DNA of 64,000 nucleotides from Candidatus Nomurabacteria bacterium (GCA_943356415.1 CALREW010000001.1:149252-213251); one strand, 5' to 3'. Shown: positions 28,902 through 39,061, counted from the first letter of the stretch. The notes: generated by a model not told the origin, from the letters alone. Made by a program: numbers and translations.

Positions 28902-29546
28902 ATGGCAACGCCATTTAGTGAGAAGCCCGTCCAGGTTCGGCGGGCAATTGTCGAAGACGACGTCGTGGCACTCTCCGCGATGGGGCACCACGGCGCAATC
29001 CGCTCCAACATCGTGCAGGAGCGAAAGCGCCGCGAAGAGGATGCCGAGCACGAACGTCACCTGATGAACGCGGAACAAAAGTTGCACGAGGCCCACGAGG
29101 ACCTTGTTCCGGTCGGTGACAGCGAGTTCGAGCGCAACAACGTTCCCGAAGATGAGCGCCCTGCGATAATCGAGGATATACCGGCAATCCCCGCCGGCCT
29201 CTCCAAACGCGCACTTGCGTTCCTCACGCTCGCCGCGCGTAAGGCATCTGAGCGTTCTGGTCACCGCGTTTCGACCGACACGCTCGCTGACCTGTGGAAG
29301 TCGCAGCAGCATCACGATCGAAACATGCGCGGCTTTGGAAAGTCACTTACGGCTGCGATGAAAGATGTCGGTATCGCACCGAGTGAACGAGCGGACTACG
29401 GCGCAGCGCTCTTCGAGCTCAACCGACTCGGGATTAAACCCCCGCACGCAAGACGAGCAACCTCCAGACGAGGTACCAACCCTTCGCGGCAGGTACCACC
29501 TGGACAAGCGAAAGATGCGCCGAGAAAGCCCCGCAGGCTTCTCTAG
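28902..29546 (+). CDS. Hypothetical charged protein (solo unit)
   Basis: TTGACG-17-AATAAT; GAGG SD before ATG 28902 (alternative start 28830); hairpin at 29566-29588. Confidence 0.65.
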   Translation: MATPFSEKPVQVRRAIVEDDVVALSAMGHHGAIRSNIVQERKRREEDAEHERHLMNAEQKLHEAHEDLVPVGDSEFERNNVPEDERPAIIEDIPAIPAGLSKRALAFLTLAARKASERSGHRVSTDTLADLWKSQQHHDRNMRGFGKSLTAAMKDVGIAPSERADYGAALFELNRLGIKPPHARRATSRRGTNPSRQVPPGQAKDAPRKPRRLL

Positions 29547-29686
29547 GACCGGACTCCCGACAAGTGACGCCCCTCCCCTGGGGCGTCGCGTTGCGTTTAA
29601 GACCCTTGCAAATACAAGGATTAGTGGGATAGTAGGGGCGCTACCAGCCAACATCGGTAGCGTGTGTCTAGGGGAGCTCTTTTAGA

Positions 29687-30094
29687 ATGAAACCGAAAAA
29701 AGGCAAGCCCGAGCTTAGGCTCGCGGCGTGCGACGGCAAGTCGCTCGAACGCGGAACCATCCTGGTTCCGAAGAACCTCACGTCCTTTCTTCAACAAGGC
29801 GTGGACCCCATGGTCTTCACGACCATCAACGACTTCGACGACCAGTCGAACGGGGTGTTCTTCGCTACGTTGGGACGGAAGTTCCCGACGTTGCGCTTCA
29901 TGCTGCCGAACATCGAGTGCCCGAACCTCATCATGGCGTTCAGGTACTGCTGTCATCCCAACAACGCGCTGCGTCTCTCTCGTACGCTGCGTGAGCTGGG
30001 CTACCCGGTGATGCTCGTCCACATGACGCCGAGCAGTGTTCCGGAACAGACAGCGCGCATGTTCGCGCCCAATCGGATGAGGATCCGAGCCTGA
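29687..30094 (+). CDS. Hypothetical protein (solo unit)
   Basis: GGGGAG SD; C-ending codons; hairpin at 30118-30141. Confidence 0.65.
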   Translation: MKPKKGKPELRLAACDGKSLERGTILVPKNLTSFLQQGVDPMVFTTINDFDDQSNGVFFATLGRKFPTLRFMLPNIECPNLIMAFRYCCHPNNALRLSRTLRELGYPVMLVHMTPSSVPEQTARMFAPNRMRIRA

Positions 30095-30149
30095 TCTCCT
30101 ACCCCCCAATCGATCGACGCGGCGGCCTCCTGGCCGCCGCGATTCGTTA

Positions 30150-30794
30150 TTATTTTAAATTTTCTAGCGTAACCGCATCCTCAATTTTAAAATCTCCAAT
30201 TCGTGTGCGGCGTAAACTTGCGAGCGTTGCAGGTACCTCAAGTCTTCGTCCGAGTTCTTCTGCAAGCGAGCGTATGTACGTGCCGCTTCCTACGTCAAAA
30301 CGAGCACGTATATCACAACCTCCCTTTTCACACGCTAACCCCAAAAACTCTGCCTTTCGTATTTCCATGTCTCTCATAGGTAGAGTCACCTCTTCACCTC
30401 GACGGGCCTTTTTATACAACGGTTCCCCTTCTCTCTTTATTGCTGAGTACGCAGACACAGGAAGCCGCAACATTCCTTGCAAACCTTCTATTGTCTCCTT
30501 TGCTCTCTGAGGCGCTACCGGCAAAATTGTTCTTTCTTCTAGTACCGCTCCTTCAATATCACTCGTGTCAGTGCGTATGCCGAGACGAATCGTCGCCTCA
30601 TATGTTTTCGGCAATTTTAAATATTCAGTAAGTTTCTTAGTCCCGGCACCAACTCCCAAGACAAGTAGCCCTGTAGCCATAGGGTCGAGCGTTCCCGCGT
30701 GACCGACTTTTTGCCTAACAATACGGCGCACTTGAGCCACAACACCAAACGAAGTGATGCCTGCAGGTTTATCAATAAGGAGTATCTGCTCCAT
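30150..30794 (-). CDS. truB: tRNA pseudouridine(55) synthase
   Basis: DKP.G.TS, GHAGTLDP, GTYIRSLA. Confidence 0.96.
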   Translation of the reverse strand: MEQILLIDKPAGITSFGVVAQVRRIVRQKVGHAGTLDPMATGLLVLGVGAGTKKLTEYLKLPKTYEATIRLGIRTDTSDIEGAVLEERTILPVAPQRAKETIEGLQGMLRLPVSAYSAIKREGEPLYKKARRGEEVTLPMRDMEIRKAEFLGLACEKGGCDIRARFDVGSGTYIRSLAEELGRRLEVPATLASLRRTRIGDFKIEDAVTLENLK

Positions 30795-30803
30795 ACGGAT
30801 ACG

Positions 30804-32207
30804 CTATGCGCGCAATTGACTCTTCAGCGCCTCGACGTCAGCGTCCATAGTAATAAAACTACCTTGCTTCATCTCCTCCTCTAACCCCACAAAACGTGCA
30901 GGGCGCTCCGGTACAAATCCAAGTGCTTCGCGAATCGTCTCTTCAAATTTGACCGGCAACGCAGTGGCTAAACAAATAACCGGCACTTCTTGTATGTCGC
31001 GCTTCTTTGCAACACAAACACCATCAGCAGTGTGCGGGTCGATAACAATGCCAGTGTCTTTGTAGATATCTTGAATGGTACGAATGCGTTCCTCATGTGT
31101 CGATGAACCGCTTTCAAACCCAAGCGCTAAAAATGCTTCAACGGAGAGGCCGTGATCTAAAAACGAAACAAGTCCCGTCGTATTGAATTCATGCATATAG
31201 GCTGAGAGCTTCGTGGCGTCGCGGCCAAAGAGGTCGAACGCGAGGCGCTCGTAGTTGGAGGCCTTTGAAATATCCATTGAGGGGCTCGAGGTAATGACTG
31301 CCTCCTTCTGGGCATAAACGCCCGTCTGCATTAGACGAGACAGTACGTTGTTCTCATTAGTAGCCACCACAAGGCGTCTGATGGGTAGTCCCATGCGCTT
31401 TGCGACATAGCCAGAAAACACGTTCCCAAAATTCCCGCTTGGCACCACAAAATCAACTTCCTCACCTACCTCTTTTACCGCCTGCAAATATCCGGAGAAG
31501 TAATACGGTACCTGTGAGCTAATGCGTCCCCAGTTTATTGAATTAACGGCACCAAGTGCGGCAAACTCTGAATCTTGTTTAACCGCTTTTACCAAATCCT
31601 GACAATCGTCAAAACGCCCTCGGATGCTGATGTTGCGGATGTTTCCACCTGAGAGCGCGCCCATCTGCGCGCGTTGAAATGCACTCATCCCAACTTCGGG
31701 ACTAAGCATAAAAAGTTCTACACTACCGAGCCCTTTGAACGCTGCCTCCGCAGCAGAGCCAGTGTCGCCTGAAGTAGCACCCAAAATCGTGAGGCTGTCT
31801 TTCCGACGAGCGAGTTCGTAATCCATTTCTCGACCAAGCAGCTGCATAGCCATATCTTTAAACGACGCCGTTGGTCCGAGTGAGAGATTCTGCAACTTGA
31901 GATTTCTTCCAACGTCAGTGACCGGTGTCACTTGTCCTTTTTCATTCGCAAAGGCCGGTTCAATATAGGTTGAGTCAACGAGCGAACGTAGTTCGACTGA
32001 GGGTATAGCGTCGCCAACAAGTTTTTGCTTTATAACAAATGCAACAGTTTCATACGAAGCACCTTTAAGCGCTCGAAGTTCATCGAGTGTTACCTTTGGA
32101 TACTCCTCCGGTGTATACAGCCCGCCGTCTGGAGCAAGACCAGAGAGGAGAACGTCCGTATATGAATGCTGCGCAGCAGAAGCGTCCCGAGTACTTACCA
32201 ATCTCAT
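30804..32207 (-). CDS. thrC: Threonine synthase
   Basis: GLAPDGGLY, GPTASFKD, ATSGDTG, VNSINWGRI, PSGNFGN, SPSMDI. Confidence 0.95.
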   Translation of the reverse strand: MRLVSTRDASAAQHSYTDVLLSGLAPDGGLYTPEEYPKVTLDELRALKGASYETVAFVIKQKLVGDAIPSVELRSLVDSTYIEPAFANEKGQVTPVTDVGRNLKLQNLSLGPTASFKDMAMQLLGREMDYELARRKDSLTILGATSGDTGSAAEAAFKGLGSVELFMLSPEVGMSAFQRAQMGALSGGNIRNISIRGRFDDCQDLVKAVKQDSEFAALGAVNSINWGRISSQVPYYFSGYLQAVKEVGEEVDFVVPSGNFGNVFSGYVAKRMGLPIRRLVVATNENNVLSRLMQTGVYAQKEAVITSSPSMDISKASNYERLAFDLFGRDATKLSAYMHEFNTTGLVSFLDHGLSVEAFLALGFESGSSTHEERIRTIQDIYKDTGIVIDPHTADGVCVAKKRDIQEVPVICLATALPVKFEETIREALGFVPERPARFVGLEEEMKQGSFITMDADVEALKSQLRA

Positions 32208-32860
32208 CGATGGAGTTTTGACTTAATGAGATCAAGTGTCTCTTGTGCAGAGGTGTCACGTACCAATTGTGCAGGAATACTCATGTGAGCGAGTTTCCGA
32301 TAGGTCGCAAGGCGATCAGTAAGAAGCTTCGGGTAGCAGCGGCGGATGGACTCTTCATCGCTCTCTCCCACTTCGCGCGTGAGATACCCAGACCACGCGA
32401 CCGGTTTTGGCTTGCGGAAAAAGCGATCCATCACTTCGTGCAACGACTCTTCCCCTACATCAAGGTGGACAACGAGGCAGTTGTCTTTAAGGAGTACTAA
32501 CGTCGAGGGTTCGAGGTGCGCGACACTCCCAGTAGTATCGAAGACCAAGTTCTTGCCATGCATTTCCATCGATGCTTTTCGCGTGGCAGCATTTTCAAGC
32601 TCAAGATACTTCGCTTCCCGCTCCTCATACCCTTCACTTGTCGGATACCCAAGCCATGTGGAGATGGCATCCATATCGGCAAATCCAAGCGCTTTTTGTA
32701 TTTGCTCGTCTACTTGAAACCAAAAGAACTTCAGTTCATTCTGAAGCGCCTTAGAACGGTAGCTTTTACCGGCATTCGACATGCCGACAAACGCCAAGCG
32801 AAACGTGCCATTGGCGATATGCGCCTCAAACTCCTCTGCCGTGAGCTGCTCACTGTCCAT
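32204..32860 (-). CDS. P-loop small-molecule kinase-like protein (shikimate-kinase-like fold)
   Basis: GMSNAGKS Walker A; DTTGS; R...Y; overlaps thrC start. Confidence 0.75.
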   Translation of the reverse strand: MDSEQLTAEEFEAHIANGTFRLAFVGMSNAGKSYRSKALQNELKFFWFQVDEQIQKALGFADMDAISTWLGYPTSEGYEEREAKYLELENAATRKASMEMHGKNLVFDTTGSVAHLEPSTLVLLKDNCLVVHLDVGEESLHEVMDRFFRKPKPVAWSGYLTREVGESDEESIRRCYPKLLTDRLATYRKLAHMSIPAQLVRDTSAQETLDLIKSKLHR

Positions 32861-32935
32861 GTAATGCAATACTACATGAATTTTTCATGGAGTGGCAGCG
32901 CTTAAACGCCCAAAAGATGATGTACACTTCTGCGT

Positions 32936-33301
32936 ATGAGTCGACTCGAAAAGTACGTCAAAAGCTGGCATTTGGAGTCAGAGGAGCGGTTTTTGAAAAC
33001 TCCCGTTGGCATTTTTCTCCTCGGTGCCTTTTTGGGCGAACTTTCACCAGACCCCACAGACGCAATCCATTTTTGGCTTCAAGAAAACGTCTTTCTGCAC
33101 CCTACCCTCCCAGCACCGGTGCTGATATTCCTACAGATTTTTGATTGGTACCTTATGAGCGCCTTCTACTTTCTCTTACTCTTGATACTGGCTTATTTCC
33201 TCCATATTAAGAAAGTGAATACCGTAAAGCGCATTACGGTTATCGGAGGATTGCTCGGCGTTGGTGTCGTAATTGGGGTTCTTGTTCGATTTTTTGTGTA
33301 G
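32936..33301 (+). CDS. Small membrane hypothetical protein
   Basis: 121 aa; TMs; TACACT 7 nt upstream. Confidence 0.7.
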   Translation: MSRLEKYVKSWHLESEERFLKTPVGIFLLGAFLGELSPDPTDAIHFWLQENVFLHPTLPAPVLIFLQIFDWYLMSAFYFLLLLILAYFLHIKKVNTVKRITVIGGLLGVGVVIGVLVRFFV

Positions 33302-33335
33302 AAAATAAAACACGGTTTTAGAATATATTGATTAC

Positions 33336-33364
33336 TTGACAAGTAATCAATATATATGTATAAT
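33336..33364 (+). promoter_or_regulatory. Perfect sigma70 consensus promoter
   Basis: TTGACA-17-TATAAT. Confidence 0.9.
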
Positions 33365-33399
33365 GGTTTTATTGCATCAAACGTCCAAGGGGGACATCA

Positions 33400-33759
33400 A
33401 TGCACACGTTCACTCAGCTCTTTTCGTGGCTCTCGACTCTTCCCGGCATGATCGCCGCGATGATCGTCGGGTTCGCAATTCAAATGGCCCCGTTCAGCGC
33501 AGGCCTCGTCGTCTACAAGTGGTCGGTGTTCGGATTCCTGATCCTGCCGCTCATCACCGGCCTGATCTATCCGGCCAGCATCGCCCTCGGCGTTGCGGTC
33601 AGATGGAACCGGCTCGGCGCGAGCGGCCGCTCGCTCCAATGGGAGAAGATCTCTCCGTGGATTAGCGGTTATGGCGCGCCGATGTCAGTGACCCTGACGG
33701 CGCTCTGCATCCTGTGCACGATCTTCATCGGCGCCGGCGCTAACGTCAAGATGATGTAG
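33400..33759 (+). CDS. Small three-TM hypothetical protein (solo unit)
   Basis: Consensus promoter; AAGGGGG SD; hairpin plus U-tract at 33765-33807. Confidence 0.78.
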   Translation: MHTFTQLFSWLSTLPGMIAAMIVGFAIQMAPFSAGLVVYKWSVFGFLILPLITGLIYPASIALGVAVRWNRLGASGRSLQWEKISPWISGYGAPMSVTLTALCILCTIFIGAGANVKMM

Positions 33760-33853
33760 GCCTCGGGCCTCGACGAAAGAGCTTCGGCTCCCCGTCGAGG
33801 CCCTTTTGTTTTGGAAGTTGAATTTATATGGTCGCAAGTATTTTTCTCATAAC

Positions 33854-33994
33854 GTGACCCGCAGGGGTCTGGGAAACCCACGGTTTTCCCAACCTTCCTC
33901 CACGGAAAACCAAACAGGTTTTCCGACCCTTTCCTACCCCGTGGGTTCATGCAGCCGAAAAAGGCGCCGAGAGGCGCTCAATTTCGTTACTGCA
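33854..33994. repeat. tRNA-Glu 3'-end mirrored element
   Basis: 33937-33954 is a 17/18 inverted copy of 33990-34007; degenerate direct copy at 33855-33867. Confidence 0.7.
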
Positions 33995-34066
33995 TGACCC
34001 CACGGGGAGTCGAACCCCGATTAACGGCTTGAGAAGCCGGCGTCCTAACCATTAGACGATGGGGCC
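33995..34066 (-). tRNA. tRNA-Glu(CTC)
   Basis: GGCCCCA acceptor; TTCTCAA loop; GGTTCGACTCC; CCA not encoded. Confidence 0.93.
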
Positions 34067-34134
34067 GTCTAAATGAACACGCGAAACTATACCAGTTTTT
34101 TTACTACCTGACAAAACAGCGTATACTTTCCCCA

Positions 34135-35355
34135 ATGTCGCTTAAAAAAACCGACCTAGCGGTGACCATTCTTTTCATTGGAATTGTAGGATTGTTGATC
34201 CTTAGTCCGTACATACACCTGCCAAGATTTCTCATATCCAAAGAAGCGCACTACGTACAAACGCTTGAAGAACATTGCGGAAATCGACCGACGCAGTACA
34301 ACTGCTTAGAGCCGTTTGTAACCGAAACCATACGTACAGAAGGCCTTGATGCGGGACTTGAAATGATAAAGGCGTGGTATCTGCACACGCCTGAATTTCG
34401 ACAATTTTGTGACGCATTTACACGATACGTAGGAGTCGCCGCAGAAAAGAAAATTAAAGACTACGAAGCGCTTACCTACACAGAAAAAAGTGTTTGGTGT
34501 AACTACGGTTTTTATCACGGGTATATGCAGGCCTATATGGCTGAAGTTCAGGATGTAGAAAAAGGAACGGCATTCTGCACTCATATAGGCGAAAAATTGC
34601 ACGATTCTGCCCCAGGTGCTCAGTCAGAGTGTTTTCGCGCCCTTGGATACGCCATTGTGTTGCTTACCGGAGCAAAAGAGAAAGATATATCGAAGATTGC
34701 AGAGACGTCAGTAAAGCAGTGCAGAACACACGCAAAAGAACCTTTGGATGTGCGCCTTTGCGAAGAAGGAGTCTTTAGTGAATTGGGACAAGTCATTGCA
34801 ACTGGCGAATACGGTGCAATATCAAAGGACAATCCGCTTTGGCTATGTGATCAACAACAAAACGACATGCAAACAATTTGTTATGCAACGATGAAGTGGC
34901 TACCACTCATTTCGTTTGACATCAGAGGAGAAGATATTATTCCTGGCTTTAAGAAAATCGAGGAGCGCTATAGCGAACAAGAAATACAAGAATTGAGCAA
35001 AACTATAGAACAGCTGGTTTTTACACTCGCTTACAATCAAGCACGCCGTGGAACTTCTCTTCCTGCTGCAGAAAATTATAAAAAAGGTACAGACGCGTGC
35101 GCGGCACTACCTTCTATGTTCCTAAACCAATGCATAAGTGGCTTTGGCTTCGGACTCGCAAAGGGAGGTAAGCCTGGCGAGCAATATCATGAAGTGCTCG
35201 CCTTCTGCGAAGAGACCTCAAAGATTCCTGGATATCCGGTCAAAGAATGCGCACCATCGTCACTTGAATACCTCGGTCGATACTATTCACACGAGCTTTT
35301 TAAAAAAGTATGTACTGAATTTGAGACGTCTGTTGGAACTTCATGTGCTAATTAA
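34135..35355 (+). CDS. Membrane-anchored Cys-rich helical-repeat protein
   Basis: N-terminal TM; periodic Cys (CxxG motifs); relatively AT-rich. Confidence 0.8.
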   Translation: MSLKKTDLAVTILFIGIVGLLILSPYIHLPRFLISKEAHYVQTLEEHCGNRPTQYNCLEPFVTETIRTEGLDAGLEMIKAWYLHTPEFRQFCDAFTRYVGVAAEKKIKDYEALTYTEKSVWCNYGFYHGYMQAYMAEVQDVEKGTAFCTHIGEKLHDSAPGAQSECFRALGYAIVLLTGAKEKDISKIAETSVKQCRTHAKEPLDVRLCEEGVFSELGQVIATGEYGAISKDNPLWLCDQQQNDMQTICYATMKWLPLISFDIRGEDIIPGFKKIEERYSEQEIQELSKTIEQLVFTLAYNQARRGTSLPAAENYKKGTDACAALPSMFLNQCISGFGFGLAKGGKPGEQYHEVLAFCEETSKIPGYPVKECAPSSLEYLGRYYSHELFKKVCTEFETSVGTSCAN

Positions 35356-35468
35356 TTACAAACGACATTTACCTTTCATTGAAAAACAAACCAGTCGACT
35401 CTCTTTTTAAATAGGTGTACCCTCTCCCATGGAGCCGGTTCGGCTCGAACAACGCAGGAGACACCTTC

Positions 35469-35939
35469 ATGCGGCTGCGCATCGCATATATGGGTACCAT
35501 CGGCGAAGTGCCGAGGGGTGAACCCGACCCGTTCCAGCTTCTCGCTCGGGGCGGCAAGCACTTCGGCCTTATCGCCCCCGACGACGAGCTCCTCGAAGGC
35601 AAGCCTCCGGAGGCGCGCCTCTTCATCTGGAAGTCGGCCTCGATCCTGAGCCGCGTCATGGAAGCGAAGTACGACCTCAACAAGATCGCTGAGGCACTTG
35701 CGGCAGAAGGACACGCAAGCGCCGTGGTCCTGAAGCGGCTTGCTGCCGAAACGACCGCGGCCGCACCTGCTGGCAACATCCACCTCGTGTGGGCTTTGCC
35801 GCCCGGCATGCCGGAGCGCACTGCAGAGGGCCAGAGCGGCCTCATGGACACGATCTACTGCCCCATGTTCAGCGGTCGCTTCACCTTCAGCGACACCCTG
35901 GAGACCACGATCGAACTTCTCGGGGCTCCACGCGCCTGA
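35469..35939 (+). CDS. Hypothetical protein (solo unit)
   Basis: AGGAG SD before ATG 35469; C/G-ending codons; hairpin AACGTCCGGGC-TTAG-GCCCGGACGTT. Confidence 0.7.
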   Translation: MRLRIAYMGTIGEVPRGEPDPFQLLARGGKHFGLIAPDDELLEGKPPEARLFIWKSASILSRVMEAKYDLNKIAEALAAEGHASAVVLKRLAAETTAAAPAGNIHLVWALPPGMPERTAEGQSGLMDTIYCPMFSGRFTFSDTLETTIELLGAPRA

Positions 35940-35997
35940 TTGCGGCGACATACGGCGAACGTCCGGGCTTAGGCCCGGACGTTTTGCGTTTCATACT

Positions 35998-37302
35998 CTA
36001 TCTCCTTCTCCACTCTGGCTCCTGGCGTACTAAAAGCTCTTTTGCACGCGCTGGCTCTGCCATCACTTCCTCAACCGCGCGTTCCATGCGTATCGACTGC
36101 GAACCCTTTATCAGAACAACATCACCAGGCTCGAGCATCCGTTCAAGTTCTTTGCCCGCTTGATGCGAATCTTCAAACTGCAAAATGTTGTCATCCTTCA
36201 TTCCATTGTCGAGCGCTCCCTCAGCCATATCGCGTGCACGAAAACCAACAGTGAGCAGTATGTCTGCAGCATCTGCAATATCCTTTCCTATCTCTTTGTG
36301 TTGTGCGGTTGAATAACGTCCAAGCTCAAGCATGTCGCCTAAGACGGCAATGCGACGCCCTTTACCTCCTGCCAGCTTAAGCGCTTGGAGTGCTGCAACC
36401 GTGGCTGCCGGCGAGGCGTTGTACGTATCGTCGATAATGAGCGTGTCTTTGATGCCTGGGAGCAGCCGCATACGACCCGGAGGAGCGCTGTGTCCTGCAA
36501 GTGCTTCAATCATCGAAGGGAGTGAAAACCCGAGCACTTTGCCTACTGCAATGGCAGTAAGTACCGGCATAAATCCGTGAGCGCCGATGGTACCCATAAT
36601 GCGAACCTCTGCTGACTCTCCGGTATCTTCGTAATGGACCCGCGCTGCAAGTCCAATAGGTAGACTCTTTGGGCCTTTCTCGGAGAGTAGCTGCAGATTG
36701 TCTCCCATCACATCGGAGCCAAGGGTAAAACCAACCGTCATCGATTGCCCAGGAACGTCGTCGCGCAGTTTCAACACTTTGGGATCATCAGCATTTGCAA
36801 CAAAAATTCCGTCCGACTTAAGAGCAGCGAGAAGCGAGGCTTTTTCTCGCACAACATCTTCCGGAGAATCAAAAAACTCAACGTGAGCTGGCATGTCCGG
36901 CAAACGAGTGATAACCACAACATCTGCACGCAGCCACTTTGAAACCGACGAAATATCCCCTGGCCTGTCTGCACCAACTTCAAGGACGAGCCACTCTGGA
37001 TACTTACTTCTCCAAAGAATCAATACGAGGCCATCAATAAGATTTTCAATCCATCGAAGCGGATTACTCCACGCATTCGGACGACCTAAAATGGTAAGAG
37101 GAATACCTACTTCGCTATTGAAACTCTTGTCGCTTTTACGCACGTATGCGTGGGGAGCTAAAACAGAATAAATGGCGTCTTTGGTGGAGGTTTTGCCAAC
37201 GCTTCCCGTCACCGCGACAATACGCGGCTTATAGATGCGCAAAACGGCCTTAGCCTCGAGCGTGAGCAGTGCAACAATAATCCGCTTAAATAGACCGCGC
37301 AT
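35998..37302 (-). CDS. murF: UDP-MurNAc-tripeptide--D-Ala-D-Ala ligase
   Basis: TGSVGKTSTK, FNSEVG, DDTYNASP, GDMLELG, KGS. Confidence 0.93.
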   Translation of the reverse strand: MRGLFKRIIVALLTLEAKAVLRIYKPRIVAVTGSVGKTSTKDAIYSVLAPHAYVRKSDKSFNSEVGIPLTILGRPNAWSNPLRWIENLIDGLVLILWRSKYPEWLVLEVGADRPGDISSVSKWLRADVVVITRLPDMPAHVEFFDSPEDVVREKASLLAALKSDGIFVANADDPKVLKLRDDVPGQSMTVGFTLGSDVMGDNLQLLSEKGPKSLPIGLAARVHYEDTGESAEVRIMGTIGAHGFMPVLTAIAVGKVLGFSLPSMIEALAGHSAPPGRMRLLPGIKDTLIIDDTYNASPAATVAALQALKLAGGKGRRIAVLGDMLELGRYSTAQHKEIGKDIADAADILLTVGFRARDMAEGALDNGMKDDNILQFEDSHQAGKELERMLEPGDVVLIKGSQSIRMERAVEEVMAEPARAKELLVRQEPEWRRR

Positions 37303-37357
37303 GGCTGTAGTGGCTATAGTTTAGCTCCTTTAGTATCCACAAGAAAGTCTCTCACTT

Positions 37358-39061
37358 CTAGCGATCTGGAGGAATTTCGTAGTAATTAATCAAGAACTGG
37401 CTCAGTTTATGAAAGGGGTCAGTGAGGGTCTGGGACGCAAAATTGGCTCCTTTCGGCTCCATAGCGAATAGGAAAATAATGAACTTGGGTTGATATGACG
37501 GGAAGTAGCCGAAGAACGTGTGTAAGTAGCGGTCATCGTAATACCCGCCTCCATTTGGGTTAGCGATCTGTGCGGTGCCCGTCTTTGCCGCAACAGACGT
37601 GTGCTCAAGCTTTATAGCGCCATTGGCGAGTGCTTTATCGACAACGACCGTAAGCATGCGGCTTATCTCGTGCGATGTTTCTTTTGAAATGACTCGCTTC
37701 CCTTCTGGATAATCAACGGTGCGCACTGCGCCAGTCTCATGACGTATCGCCTTTACAAGATGTGGAGTTACCAATGTGCCGCCATTTGCCAACACCGCAA
37801 GCGCGCGGATGGTAGAAATAGGTGTAATAGCGACGCCCTGTCCGAATGATGCGGTGTAGTGTTCAACTTTTCTTGGACTATCAAGGTTTGCAACAAGCCC
37901 AGGCAATTCTCCCGGCAAATCAATACCCGTTTCCTCCCCCATACCGTAGTTATGCATGTAATCGCTAAACTTTTGTATACCCATTTTGTCTACGACAAAG
38001 GAAACACCTGTGTTCAATGATTGATTCAATACTTCTTGCATTGGAACCACCCCACGGCCTTTGCCGTCGTAGTTACGTATCGTCTTGCTGTCGATATCGA
38101 TGAAGCCACGGTCGTTATAGGTCGTTGACGCCGTCACTGCTCCCGCGTCGATACCCGCAGCCATCGTGAGCGGCTTAATGATGGAACCCATTTCATAGAC
38201 GTTTTCAATCATCGGGTTTGCGTACCAGGCTGGATTGGCCTTTCCAAACTCATTGAGATCGAACGATGGGTGTACCGCCATCGCAACCACTTCGCCAGTC
38301 ATAGGGTCCATGATGATGCCTCCAAGTTCGCGTGGGCTCCACGTTTCATTCACGCGCGAAAGCTCTCGTTCAAGCGTCGCTTGCACGGTTGGCTCAATGG
38401 TCGTGATGAGGTCTCCTTTTGCATTTTGTTTTGATCCAAGCACCTCACGTGCCGCAGAAAATATTTCTGCAAAGAGATTTACATACAGACCATTTTCGTC
38501 ACGAGAGAGCGCGTCGTTGTAATAACGCTCAAGTCCGTACCGCCCGCGCAGCACATCACCGTCATAGGCAACAAACCCAATTGCTTGTGCAGCGATCGTC
38601 TGCGCAGGGTACGCACGCCATTGTTCATCTTCCAAAATAACGCCAGAAAGTTTCAAGGCCCTCACACTATCGGCCTGCTTTTTGGTGAGTCGATGAACTA
38701 TCTCCTCATACGGATCCCCTGATTTGCTCGCCTTTGCAATAAAGGATTCTTTATCGATCGTTACCACTGCAGAGAGTGCTGCATAGAGCGCTGCAGGGTT
38801 TTCTACTTCAGTTGGCTTGATGGCCAATATATAGCCCGTCGCAAGCGTCGCCGCAGCGATAGGGTCGCCACTGCGGGTTGTGAAGTAAATGCTGCCACGA
38901 TCAAAAATACCTGCTTGGGGCCGTACTGCTTGTCGGTTTGCCCGGGCAGCGTACTCAGACCCATGCACCAATTGTAAAAAATAAAGTTTACCGACGAGCG
39001 CAGCAGCAATAAGTAAGAACGGTACAAGCAACAATCGGATGCGTAGGCGATGCCCCTTCAT
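37358..39061 (-). CDS. ftsI: Class B PBP (FtsI-like)
   Basis: GSIIK, SLN, KTGTAQ; downstream of mraZ-rsmH. Confidence 0.88.
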   Translation of the reverse strand: MKGHRLRIRLLLVPFLLIAAALVGKLYFLQLVHGSEYAARANRQAVRPQAGIFDRGSIYFTTRSGDPIAAATLATGYILAIKPTEVENPAALYAALSAVVTIDKESFIAKASKSGDPYEEIVHRLTKKQADSVRALKLSGVILEDEQWRAYPAQTIAAQAIGFVAYDGDVLRGRYGLERYYNDALSRDENGLYVNLFAEIFSAAREVLGSKQNAKGDLITTIEPTVQATLERELSRVNETWSPRELGGIIMDPMTGEVVAMAVHPSFDLNEFGKANPAWYANPMIENVYEMGSIIKPLTMAAGIDAGAVTASTTYNDRGFIDIDSKTIRNYDGKGRGVVPMQEVLNQSLNTGVSFVVDKMGIQKFSDYMHNYGMGEETGIDLPGELPGLVANLDSPRKVEHYTASFGQGVAITPISTIRALAVLANGGTLVTPHLVKAIRHETGAVRTVDYPEGKRVISKETSHEISRMLTVVVDKALANGAIKLEHTSVAAKTGTAQIANPNGGGYYDDRYLHTFFGYFPSYQPKFIIFLFAMEPKGANFASQTLTDPFHKLSQFLINYYEIPPDR

